A stretch of 64,000 bases of DNA from Longimicrobiales bacterium (GCA_965116905.1 OZ220732.1:3776001-3840000), one strand, 5' to 3'. Positions 31,187 to 40,489 are shown, counted from the first letter of the stretch. The notes: generated from the sequence alone by a model not told the origin. Made by a program: numbers and translations.

Positions 31187-32341
31187 CTATCCGCGCAGCG
31201 AACGCCGGAGCCGCACGAAGCGCCGTGCCCGCCGAATGGCCAGGGACAGCCCGGTCCAGACCATCAGCGCTGCCGCCAGCGAAAAGAGCCCGGCCAGCAG
31301 CTGGCCCCCCAGACCCCAGTATTCACCCGTGTGGGCGTGGCGCAGGAACTCCTGCGCGCGCCGTCCCGGCGTGTCGTCGGCGAAGGACTCCCAGTCCCGC
31401 GCGGCACCGGTCGCCGCGTCGACGGTGAGCACGCCGGCCCTGTGAGGCTGACCCGCGCGGCCACCCTGCACCTCCACCCGAACCTCGCGATCCGCCGGTC
31501 GCGGCACGTTCACATTGATCGTCCGCCATGCGGGCGCCCACGCTTCGGCGGTCGCCAGCGCGGCCCCCAGATCGGCACCGGGCGCCTCACCCTGGTCCGG
31601 CTGGCGCGCGTCCTGCCCGGCACCCTCCTCCCCGGCGCCCACCTCCGCCCCACCCGGCCACGCCTCCACCGGCACCACTCGCCCCACCACCGGATACACC
31701 CGATCCCCCACGCCCGGATACGACGTCGTCACCCCCGTCGCCGCGATCACGGCCAACGGCAGCACCGACCAGATCCCGACCACCTGGTGCCAGTTGAGAT
31801 CGCGCCAGGCGCCCCTCGCCCTGGGACGGAGAACGGCCACGTTGGCGAGCGACCGCCTGGTGATCGGCCGCGGCATCCACAGGATCGGCCCGGTAAGCAG
31901 CAGGAACAGGAACGCGACGTTCACCGCCCCCGTCACCGCGCGCGCCCGCCGCACGGAACCGCTGGAAACGTTGAACCAGCGGTGCCAGTTGTGAACGCCC
32001 TCGAAGAAGCGCTCCAGCCGCCCCGGCCCCTGCCCGAGCACGCGGCCCGTGTACGGATCGACGCGGGCGTACCGGTCCCGCCCCTCGTAGACGCGCACGG
32101 GCGCACGCATGTCCGCAGAGTAGCGCAGCGAGGTCGCCGCCAGGCCCGCCGCCTCGACGATCACCTCCGGCGCCAGCCGCTCCAGGCCCCCCTCGGCCGC
32201 CACGAAATGCCGGCGCTCCGCGAGCCCCGTCACCGCCTCCTCCAGCGACAGGACCACGCCGGTCGCGGCCAGCATGAGAACGACGGCCCCGGCGCCCACA
32301 GCCACCGAGAGATGCAGCCGGAAAACGACCGCGCGGATCAT
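31187..32341 (-). CDS. PepSY-associated TM helix protein (FoxB/PiuB-like)
   Basis: RLHL..TG, VDPYTGRVLG, HNWHRW, NWHQVVG, RHAHTGEYWG, WTGL. Confidence 0.88.
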   Translation of the reverse strand: MIRAVVFRLHLSVAVGAGAVVLMLAATGVVLSLEEAVTGLAERRHFVAAEGGLERLAPEVIVEAAGLAATSLRYSADMRAPVRVYEGRDRYARVDPYTGRVLGQGPGRLERFFEGVHNWHRWFNVSSGSVRRARAVTGAVNVAFLFLLLTGPILWMPRPITRRSLANVAVLRPRARGAWRDLNWHQVVGIWSVLPLAVIAATGVTTSYPGVGDRVYPVVGRVVPVEAWPGGAEVGAGEEGAGQDARQPDQGEAPGADLGAALATAEAWAPAWRTINVNVPRPADREVRVEVQGGRAGQPHRAGVLTVDAATGAARDWESFADDTPGRRAQEFLRHAHTGEYWGLGGQLLAGLFSLAAALMVWTGLSLAIRRARRFVRLRRSLRG

Positions 32342-32419
32342 CGCGTCACCATCGGGTTCCCCAACCGCACGGCACTCCACGCCCGCACGGCACTTCCCGA
32401 CCCGCCCCGCCGGCCGCCG

Positions 32420-33121
32420 TCAGTTCAGCGTCACGTAGCGCTCGAACCGCGCGACCTCGTCTTCGTCGACGTACTTCCCGATCTCGCGCCGGAACTGGTC
32501 CAGATCGGTGTACGGGCGGTACTCCTCGAACTCGTGCGCCATGCGCTCGGTCATGCCCGGAACCGCCATGATCTCCTCGCGGGTGGCGCTGTTGAGGTCG
32601 ATCGGGACGTACACATACTGCGCCAGCCGCGCGACCTCGTCCTCGTCCACGTACTTGCCGATCTCCCTGCGGAACTCGTCCATGCCGTCATACGGCCGGT
32701 ACTCCTCGAACTCGTGGGCCATCCGATCCCCCACGCCCGGAATCAGCAGGATTTCGTCGTTCGTCACGTCGTTGAGATTGATCGGCAGCCACAGCGACTC
32801 GTAGGCCGCCATCGCCGCGTCATCGCCGATCGCCGCCGACAACGCCCCGTGCACATCCGCCGCGCGCAGGAAGGGCCGCCCGCCGGCAATTGCCGCGGCA
32901 GCCTCCGCCGTGATTCCCGGGATCGATGTCAGTTCGTCTTCGCCGGCGAGGTTGGGGTTGAGCAGGGCGGCCATGGCATCGGCGGCGCCCATCTCGCCCA
33001 TGGCCTCCGCCGGCTCCGCGGCGGCGGGTGCAGACTCCGCCGAATCGCCGCCCCCACCACAGCCGGCCGATAGCACCGGGATCATGACAAGGGCGGGCAG
33101 CACGGTGTGATTGCGGAACAT
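32420..33121 (-). CDS. Lipoprotein with three helix-hairpin-helix (ComEA/PsbU-like) modules, two containing RMAHEFEEYRPY
   Basis: Lipobox SAGC; INLN/IDLN...IPGVG motifs; about 61-aa internal duplication. Confidence 0.85.
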   Translation of the reverse strand: MFRNHTVLPALVMIPVLSAGCGGGGDSAESAPAAAEPAEAMGEMGAADAMAALLNPNLAGEDELTSIPGITAEAAAAIAGGRPFLRAADVHGALSAAIGDDAAMAAYESLWLPINLNDVTNDEILLIPGVGDRMAHEFEEYRPYDGMDEFRREIGKYVDEDEVARLAQYVYVPIDLNSATREEIMAVPGMTERMAHEFEEYRPYTDLDQFRREIGKYVDEDEVARFERYVTLN

Positions 33122-33197
33122 GATTCCTCTTCCTTTCCGATTGCGAATCCAGCTTTACGATAGTGACTCCCCACTGGCCCCGAAAGATTAGAACAAA

Positions 33198-33216
33198 AAT
33201 GAGACTCATTCTCAAT
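33198..33216. promoter_or_regulatory. Fur-family-like operator upstream of the HhH-PepSY operon
   Basis: AATGAGACTCATTCTCAAT, a 7-1-7 inverted repeat TGAGACT-C-ATTCTCA in an AT-rich patch; near-identical to the box upstream of feoA. Confidence 0.7.
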
Positions 33217-33277
33217 CAATGCAAGGAGCCGCTCGCCGGAGGCCAGGGTAACGAAGTTCCGGGGATCCGCGACCGCG

Positions 33278-33288
33278 CCCCCCCCCCC
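33278..33288. repeat. Poly-C(11) homopolymer in a divergent promoter region
   Basis: gaccgcg-ccccccccccc-gc. Confidence 0.8.
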
Positions 33289-33392
33289 GCCAACGAAGAG
33301 CCCGGTCACGGTGTCTTTTCCGATAGCGCCGACATTCCCATGGTAACGGGGCCGGTAGCTTCCCCTACCGCGGTTCAAGGAACCAGAACACG

Positions 33393-35727
33393 ATGAGATC
33401 GATATCAGCCCACTTGCGGGGTTTTGTGCCATCAACGCCGGGTTTTGCGGCCTCGATGCTCCTCGCGACAGCCGTGGCGGCATCCCCAACCGGCGCAACC
33501 GCCCAGACGACCAACGGAGACAACGGGGCGCCGCCGGTACTGGAAGCCGCGGCCCTGCCCGTGGAGGTCCGCATCGACCTCGACGGGCGCATGGACGAAG
33601 ACGTCTGGCAGACCGCCACTCCGATCACCGACTTCAGCCAGCAGGAGCCGGTCGAGGGGGGCGTGCCCTCCGAGCGTACCGAGATCCGGGTCGTCTTCGA
33701 TGAGGACAATCTCTATATCGGTGCGGTCCTCTATGGCGATCCGGCCAATATCCTGGCCTATCAGCGGCAGCGCGACGCGAGCCTGCGAACCGACGACCGC
33801 TTCATGTGGATCCTCGACACCTTCCTGGACGGGCGTACCGGGTACTTCTTCGAGATCAACCCGGCCGGATTGATGGGCGACGGGATCCTGACCGGAAGCG
33901 GCGGCGGTTGGGGCGGCGGCGGCGGTGGCGGTGGCGGCGGGGCCGGCAAGGCCTGGGACGGCATCTGGGAGGCTCGCACGGCCGAGCGTGACGACGGGTG
34001 GTCGGCCGAGATCCGCATCCCGTTCAGGACCCTGAATTTCAACCCCGAACTGGACAGCTGGGGGATCAACTTCCAGCGCACGATTCGTCACCGCAACGAA
34101 GAGATCCTCTGGCGGGGATACCGGCGCAACGAAGGGCTCTTTCGACCTGTGAACGCGGGGCGTCTGACGGGCTTGAGAAACCTCTCACAAGGACTGGGAC
34201 TCGAAGCCAGGCCTTCGGCAGTCACGACCTGGAAGAACGTCCCGGAAAACACCGACCCGACGACCTTCCCGAGTGACATCAGTCTCGACGTCAACTACAG
34301 CGTCACGTCCAGCCTGCGCGCGTCGGCAAGCATCAACACCGACTTCGCGGAGGTCGAGAGCGACGAGCGGCGGGTCAACCTCACACGGTTTCCGCAGCGC
34401 TTTCGCGAGCGCCGCGACTTCTTCCTCGAAGGCTCCGGAGTGTTCACCTTCGCTCCCCGCAGCGGCCCGACACCCTTCTTTTCGCGCCGTATCGGCCTCA
34501 GTTCCGGCCAGCAGATACCCATCCAGTACGGAACGCGGCTGACGGGCCAGGCGGGGGAGTACGAACTCGGCTTCTACCAGATTGGCACCGCGGCCCACTC
34601 CTTCTTCGACGAGGGCAGTCTGGCGGACGTGAGCATCCCGAGGGAGACGTTCACCGTTGCCCGCGTGAAGCGCTCGATCTTCGAGCAGTCTTCGGTCGGC
34701 GCGATCTACACGCGCAGGGCCGCGGCGCCCGGGGCCGAGGGGCTCGTGGTCGCCGACGGACACACGGTCGGCATCGACGCCCAGCTGAACACGCGGCACT
34801 TCTTCGGCGACAAGCGCCTGGAGATGGAGGCCTTCTTCGTCTGGAACTCCAACCCCGACCCCACGGTCGACCGGTCGCTCAACGATCTCACCGCCCGCGG
34901 CCTGCGGATCAACTTCCCGAATGACATCTGGAGCGCCCACATCTCGTACCGCGAGTTCGGGGACGACTACAGCCCCTCTCTCGGCTTCGTGCCCCGCAAC
35001 GGCTTCCGCCGGGTGGAGCCCCGCATCGGCTGGGCACCCAGGCCCGAGAGCATAGACTGGATCCGGCAGTTGGACTTCGCGGTCCAGTTCCGCAACCTGA
35101 CCAATCTCGACACGCGGCGTGCTGGAAGAGCGGGAATGGCAGTTCGACATCTTCGGGATCGACTTCGAGAGTGGGGACAACATCGAGATCGAAGCGACCC
35201 GCGTCCGCGAATACCTGGACTACGGGTACGAGGTCAGCGACGGCATCGACATTCTCCCCGGCGACTACACCACATGGGAATGGGGCTTGCAGGCGCGCAC
35301 GGCGGGGCATCGCCGCGTGTCGATGTTCGGGGGAATCAACCGCGGGGGCTTCTGGGACGGCGACAGGACACGCATGAACGCCCGAGCCTCGTTCAGGCCG
35401 AATCCAGGCGTCAGCATCTCCACCAACTTCGAGCACAACGCGGTGTCGCTGCCCCGGGGTAACTTCACCGCCGACGTCTACGAGATCGAGGGCGAGTGGA
35501 ATCCCAACCAGTGGGTCAGCGTCACCAACCAGGTCCGCTACGACAACGACAGCAACATCGTGGGGCTGTTCGCCCGGCTGCGCTGGATCGTGCGCCCCGG
35601 CAACGACGTCTTCCTCGTGTACACGCACAACTGGCGCAACCTCGGTCTGGACATCCTGAACGACCGCGACCTGATCACCCTGTCGCGGGGCAGCGCGATC
35701 AAGGCGAACTACACGTACCGGTTCTAG
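33393..35727 (+). pseudogene. CBM9-like/DUF5916 outer-membrane protein with an apparent 1-nt insertion near 35113-35116
   Basis: Frame 1 (IDLDGRMDEDVW, FEINPAG, WGINFQR, NTDFAEVE, ERRDFFLE) stops looking protein-like after NLTNLDT; the +1 frame continues GVLEEREWQF...AIKANYTYRF with terminal Phe. Confidence 0.75.
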
Positions 35728-35752
35728 CCGGCAGGGTCGCCGCAACGGCGCC

Positions 35753-37630
35753 TCAGCGCACCACCGGCAGGACGATCCTCGACGGATGTGCCGCCGTCCG
35801 GTGCACCTGGATGGTCGGCGCGGTCGCGGGCAGTTCGATGTTGTCGGCGTCGGCACCCATGATCGTCACGCGGATGCGGTGGCCCGCGTTGAAGATGTTG
35901 GCCGTGGGGAGGAGGTCCATGACCAGCTCGCCGGGCGATCCATCGGGCAGGGGCTGCACATCCTCGGCGAAGCTGCGCTGGAACGGCAGCCCGAGATTGT
36001 CCCACGGTGCCTCGGCGAGCTCGCGGTGCGACGCCCGAAGGACGCCCTCGGAGATGTAGTGGGAGACACCCGTGGCGTCGATCTCCTCGAGCAGGACGAT
36101 CACGTCGGCGTCGTTTGTGGATGACGACACCCACAGCGTCACCACGGGGTGCCCGGTAACGTTCACGTCGGCGTCCAGCGGTGGGGTGGTGTAGGTGAGC
36201 GACCTGGCGTCGTTGGGCGCCAGATCGGGGTAGATCATCAACGGGGCGCCGCCGACAGCGTTGTCCCACCGGGTGGCGATCCCGGTTGTGGTTGTCAGGT
36301 CCACGGCATAGCTGTCCGCCCCGCCGTCACCAGCAGGTGCGTCGGGAGACAGCACGCCGTCGTTGACAGACTCGACGCTTCCCGACGGTCCGCCGGCCAT
36401 GTACCAGACGGCTTCCTCCGCCTCGGGGACGGGCCAGTTGTCTGCCGACGTCCAACTCCACTCGCCGGGGCCGTTCATGACGGCGTAGTGGATCGGCGGC
36501 TCGTCCATGATTCCGTTGTCGATGCTCTTCAGCCAGTAGTCGAACCAGCGAAGCTGCTCCACCGCCGTCAGTTGCGCGCTCTCGGCCATCAGCAGGCTGT
36601 CGGGCATGCCCGCGTGCGACCACGCGCCGATGCCCAGCTTCTGCGGCCCCTGATAGTTCGCCCAGAAGAGCACGGCGTCGAGGACAAAGATGTCGTACCA
36701 GCCGTTCCAGTGATACGCGGGCACCCCGGCCTCCTTCACCTCGTCGAGGACGCCCGAGACCCCGTGCTCGGTCCAGGTCAGCGTCGGGATGTCGTGATCG
36801 CGGAATCGCCCGGCAGCGTATTCGACCGCAACATCCCAGTTGTCCTCGTGGTCGGCGATGGCGGCACTCAGCAGCGACCCGTCGGTGTCTTCGTCGACCG
36901 GTGGCGCGGCCCAGTTGATGTCCAGGTTGCGGGTCAGGCCGCCCCAGTGGTCGATCATGTCCTTGCGGTAGATGCCCCCGGGGTGGAGCTGGTCGTACAT
37001 GTCGAGCCCGGCCACGTTGGGAAAGATGGCCTTGAGCGCGGGATGCATCTCGGAAGCCGCCATGTACTGGGTCATGCCCAGATAGGAGCCTCCGTACATC
37101 CCCACGTTGCCGTCGCTCCACGGCTGGGTGGCGAACCACTCGATCATCTCGCGCGCATCGTCGGTCTCGGCCTCGGAGAACAGGCCTTGATAGGTGCCGA
37201 AGGATGCGCCGCCGCCACGCACCTGCACGGCCGCCACAACGTAGCCGTGCCGCGCCAGGAGCTGGAGATCCTCGCTCGCGTCGACCATCGAGTTGACCTC
37301 GGGCACCTCGACCCCTTCCGGCGTGAAGAACCGCACCAACTCGCCGGGATTCCGGTGGTAGCGGGAGTGCGTCCACACAACGGGAAACGGACCTTGCGCG
37401 GCCTCGCCGGCAATCGCGGGGAAGGTGACATCCACGGCCAGCCTGACTCCGTCTCGCATCTCGACGTACTGCGAGGTGTTGACCCAGCTGTCGTACGCCG
37501 GCTCGGAGTAGCCCTCGTACCGGCCGAATTCGGAGACGCGCCCGTCGTCGGGGGCATCAGCGGAGTCGGTGCATCCTGCAACCAGGGCACCGAACAGGAG
37601 AAGACCGATGCTGCGCGGGAAACGAGTCAT
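35753..37630 (-). CDS. CocE/NonD family serine hydrolase, lipoprotein
   Basis: VEMRDGVRLAVD, RGGGASFG, WSDGNVGMYGGSYLG, GAWSH, RWFDYWLK; lipobox VAGC. Confidence 0.92.
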   Translation of the reverse strand: MTRFPRSIGLLLFGALVAGCTDSADAPDDGRVSEFGRYEGYSEPAYDSWVNTSQYVEMRDGVRLAVDVTFPAIAGEAAQGPFPVVWTHSRYHRNPGELVRFFTPEGVEVPEVNSMVDASEDLQLLARHGYVVAAVQVRGGGASFGTYQGLFSEAETDDAREMIEWFATQPWSDGNVGMYGGSYLGMTQYMAASEMHPALKAIFPNVAGLDMYDQLHPGGIYRKDMIDHWGGLTRNLDINWAAPPVDEDTDGSLLSAAIADHEDNWDVAVEYAAGRFRDHDIPTLTWTEHGVSGVLDEVKEAGVPAYHWNGWYDIFVLDAVLFWANYQGPQKLGIGAWSHAGMPDSLLMAESAQLTAVEQLRWFDYWLKSIDNGIMDEPPIHYAVMNGPGEWSWTSADNWPVPEAEEAVWYMAGGPSGSVESVNDGVLSPDAPAGDGGADSYAVDLTTTTGIATRWDNAVGGAPLMIYPDLAPNDARSLTYTTPPLDADVNVTGHPVVTLWVSSSTNDADVIVLLEEIDATGVSHYISEGVLRASHRELAEAPWDNLGLPFQRSFAEDVQPLPDGSPGELVMDLLPTANIFNAGHRIRVTIMGADADNIELPATAPTIQVHRTAAHPSRIVLPVVR

Positions 37631-37669
37631 GGGCGCGGTGTCCGGCAGATGACAAATCCTTGGGCGAAG

Positions 37670-37742
37670 TGGAGCCAACCGGGATCGAACCGGTGACCTC
37701 TGGCTTGCAAAGCCAGCGCTCTCCCAGCTGAGCTATGGCCCC
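37670..37742 (-). tRNA. tRNA-Ala(TGC), CCA not encoded
   Basis: GGGGCCATAGCTCAGCTGGGAGAGCGCTGGCTTTGCAAGCCAGAGGTCACCGGTTCGATCCCGGTTGGCTCCA: full cloverleaf, G3:U70, anticodon TGC. Confidence 0.97.
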
Positions 37743-37770
37743 AGAATCGCTGGCCGCAGCCAGCCGGGGA

Positions 37771-37799
37771 AAGATAGCCGGCGGACAGCCGGTCCCCAA
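37771..37799 (-). promoter_or_regulatory. Candidate promoter of tRNA-Ala
   Basis: Minus strand TTGGGG-17 bp-TATCTT about 30 nt upstream of the tRNA; conserved in the second copy. Confidence 0.55.
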
Positions 37800-37828
37800 G
37801 GAGCGTCTCTAGCGGCGCGCCACCCGGA

Positions 37829-38707
37829 TCAGCGTCCCGTCAGCAAGCCGTCGAGGTCCCAGGACGCCAGATCCTGAAGCGCATCGAGATCCGTCGCATC
37901 GTAGCGCAGCGCCGCGATCGTGATCATGCCCTGCATGAACGCGTCGGTGTCGCTGCCGGGCGGAAACGTGTCCTCCGGCGAGATGCGCGGCTGAAACACG
38001 CGCACACCGTTTTCCGGCTCGACCTCCTGGTACCCGAGACGGAGGTAGCTGCCGCCCGTTCCCGCCGCCACAATCCCGGCGACCTGGTCCTCGGATGCAG
38101 CCGGAAAGTTGATCGAGAAGACCGTTCCGGAGCGTGACGGACGCGCACGAAGCTCCTGCACAAACCGTGCGACCACCTCCGCCGGGTAGCCGAAGTTCAT
38201 GGAGCGGCCCCCAAGCGAGGCCGCGACGGCCGGAATGTCGTAGTAGGCGCCCGCCATCGCCGCGCCGACGGTACCCGACATACGCGCGAAATCGCCGGTA
38301 TTGGCGCCCGCATTGATCCCGCTGACGACGAGGTCGAAGCCTCCCTCCGGGGCAAGGGCCTGGGTCGCCAGGATGACCGAGCCCGCCGGGGTGGTGTCCA
38401 CGCAGTGGCCCCACACCTCACCCTCGATCTCATACGGCCGCAGCCTTATCGGCAGGTCCAGCCGCACCGACATGCTGCTGCCGCTGCGCTGGCCGCACGG
38501 GGCCACCACGGTCACCTCGCCCACCGCCCGCAGCGCCTCAGCCAGTTGCTGGATCCCGGGCGACTCGATGCCGTCATCGTTGGTCACCAGAATATGGTAC
38601 GCATCCGCGGACGATCGTGCGGCCTGTCCGGAAGGTGCCGGGTCGCACGCCGAGGCTGACAGCGCAACCGCAAGGAAAACCGAGAATCCGCGACGAGATC
38701 CGCCCAT
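37829..38707 (-). CDS. surE: 5'/3'-nucleotidase SurE family protein with lipoprotein signal
   Basis: HILVTNDDGIESPGI, VVAP..QRSGSS, DLVVSGINAGANTG, SGTVGAAM; N-terminal FLAVALSASAC. Confidence 0.88.
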   Translation of the reverse strand: MGGSRRGFSVFLAVALSASACDPAPSGQAARSSADAYHILVTNDDGIESPGIQQLAEALRAVGEVTVVAPCGQRSGSSMSVRLDLPIRLRPYEIEGEVWGHCVDTTPAGSVILATQALAPEGGFDLVVSGINAGANTGDFARMSGTVGAAMAGAYYDIPAVAASLGGRSMNFGYPAEVVARFVQELRARPSRSGTVFSINFPAASEDQVAGIVAAGTGGSYLRLGYQEVEPENGVRVFQPRISPEDTFPPGSDTDAFMQGMITIAALRYDATDLDALQDLASWDLDGLLTGR

Positions 38708-38748
38708 GCCTGCCCCCCTTGTGTCCTGCACGCCGGAGTCGCTGGCAA

Positions 38749-38817
38749 TGGAGCCAACCGGGATCGAACCGGTGGCCTCCGGCTTGCAACGCCAGCGCCA
38801 GTCTGAGCCATGGCCCC
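38749..38817 (-). pseudogene. Degenerate tRNA-Ala(TGC) copy / tRNA-like element with broken D-arm
   Basis: GGGGCCATGGCTCAGACTGGCGCTGGCGTTGCAAGCCGGAGGCCACCGGTTCGATCCCGGTTGGCTCCA (69 nt); acceptor stem and T-arm identical to 37670-37742. Confidence 0.9.
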
Positions 38818-38845
38818 AGAGTCGCTGGCGACGGCCAGTCGGGAA

Positions 38846-38873
38846 AAGATAGCCGGCGAACGCCGGTCCCCAA
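38846..38873 (-). promoter_or_regulatory. Duplicated tRNA promoter upstream of the tRNA-like element and surE
   Basis: Minus strand TTGGGG-16 bp-TATCTT, homologous to 37771-37799. Confidence 0.5.
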
Positions 38874-38959
38874 GGCGCCTTCCCCGGAACGCCAGGCAAC
38901 CAAGCCTTCCCGAGAACGACGGGCAGCCACTTCCGCGGGCATTCGGGCTATATTGGTTC

Positions 38960-40489
38960 ATGAAACAAATGGCGGTGGGGCTCCGGGTCGCGGTTCCTTC
39001 GCTCGTGATTGCATTCCTGGTCGCGGCTTGCGGCAGCGCCGACGGAATGCCGGAGGGCGGCGCAGCCGTCGACGCGCCGACACCTGAAGAGGCCCTCGAT
39101 GTCGCCGCCGACCCGGCAGCCAGCCCGGAAACCGGCAATCCCTCGATCGGTGCCGACGGCGACGCCCTGGCAGCTCCCGGCGATCCTGATGAGGCTCGCA
39201 CGGCCGCCGGCATCGTCGCCGACACCACCCCGCCCGAGCGCACCTACTTCTTTTTCACGCGGCCCGACCACATTCGCGGACTCTACGTGAACTCGTGGTC
39301 CGCGGGCTCCAGGCGGCGCATGGCGGCCCTGATCGATCTCGCCGAGCGGACCGAGGTCAACACCTTCGTGATCGACATCAAGGACGCCAGCGGTTACGTG
39401 AGCCACCCCAGCCAGGTGCCGCTCGCCCAGGAGACGGGGGCCACCAGCGACATCCGCATTCCCAGCATGTCGTGGCTGCTGGGCCAGCTGGAGACGGCGG
39501 GCATCTACCCCGTGGCCCGGATCGTGATCGTCAAGGACCCGGTCCTCGCGGCGGCCCGTCCCGAGCTGGCCGTGCAGGACACGGCCGGCGGCGTGTGGAC
39601 GGACAACAACGGCGTCGTCTGGCTCAATCCGTTCAATGAGGCCGTCTGGGAGTACCACGTCGATCTGGCTCGCGAGGTGGCCGAGATGGGCTTCCCGGAG
39701 ATTCAGTGGGACTACGTCCGCTTCCCCGATGCGCCCGCCTCCGCACTTGGCCGCGCCCACTTTCCGGGCCGGGACGGACAGCCGCGGACCACGGCGATCC
39801 GCGAGTTCCTGGCGTACAGCCGCGAGGCACTCTCGGACCTCGGGGTGGATGTGACCGCGGACGTGTTCGGCGTCACCACCTCCGCGACAGGCGACGTGGG
39901 AATCGGGCAGGTCTGGGAGTCCTTCATCGATGTCGTCGATGTGGCGCTGCCGATGGTCTACCCGAGCCACTACTGGAAGGGCAGCTACGGAATCGAGGAA
40001 CCCAACGCCCATCCCTACGAGATCGTGCGCAGCGCGCTCGAGGACGCGTTGGAGCGCTCAGACACGCTGGAGGGCGCCGGTGCCACGCGACCGTGGCTCC
40101 AGGACTTCACCCTCGGACCTCCGCGCTACGAAGCCCCCGAAGTGCGCGCACAGATCCAGGCCGCGCACGACCTCGGCATCCTCGAGTGGGTGCTGTGGAA
40201 CCCGGGCAGCCGCTATACGGAGGACGCGCTGGAGCCGGCGGACGGGTTCGAGGCCGAACCCCTGGTGCGCGTCGGCAACCAGGTCGTACCGGTTTCCAGG
40301 CGCTTCGAACTCTTCGACACGACCACCGTCGTGGCACAGCCCGAAGAGGAGGCAGAATCCGGCGACGGCGACCCCGGCAACGCCGAGGCCGGCCCGGAGA
40401 CCGGCGGCACCCCCGAAGCCGACACGCTTCCGGACCCCCGCCCGGCACGGCCGGATACGGTCGGCGCCGGGGCCGGCCGGTCAGGCTAG
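38960..40489 (+). CDS. Putative glycoside hydrolase (DUF4015-like) lipoprotein
   Basis: IRGLYV, NTFVIDIKD, YPVARIVIVKDP, WLNP, EIQWDYVRFP, DVFG, PMVYPSHY, RPWLQDF; lipobox VAAC. Confidence 0.85.
   Translation: MKQMAVGLRVAVPSLVIAFLVAACGSADGMPEGGAAVDAPTPEEALDVAADPAASPETGNPSIGADGDALAAPGDPDEARTAAGIVADTTPPERTYFFFTRPDHIRGLYVNSWSAGSRRRMAALIDLAERTEVNTFVIDIKDASGYVSHPSQVPLAQETGATSDIRIPSMSWLLGQLETAGIYPVARIVIVKDPVLAAARPELAVQDTAGGVWTDNNGVVWLNPFNEAVWEYHVDLAREVAEMGFPEIQWDYVRFPDAPASALGRAHFPGRDGQPRTTAIREFLAYSREALSDLGVDVTADVFGVTTSATGDVGIGQVWESFIDVVDVALPMVYPSHYWKGSYGIEEPNAHPYEIVRSALEDALERSDTLEGAGATRPWLQDFTLGPPRYEAPEVRAQIQAAHDLGILEWVLWNPGSRYTEDALEPADGFEAEPLVRVGNQVVPVSRRFELFDTTTVVAQPEEEAESGDGDPGNAEAGPETGGTPEADTLPDPRPARPDTVGAGAGRSG

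Noticed and set aside
32420..33121. comEA competence gene
   Set aside because: Acidic protein with an atypical HEFEEY motif, iron-related context and no competence genes nearby.
33900..33947. G-rich tract as a G-quadruplex or regulatory element
   Set aside because: Explained by an in-frame poly-Gly loop.
35100..35125. Programmed ribosomal frameshift
   Set aside because: No slippery heptamer, shifty stop or internal Shine-Dalgarno at the junction.
37670..38880. Integrative element with attL/attR at tRNA-Ala
   Set aside because: No integrase; the repeat covers the whole tRNA plus its promoter and the damaged copy is upstream, unlike typical 3'-end att duplications.
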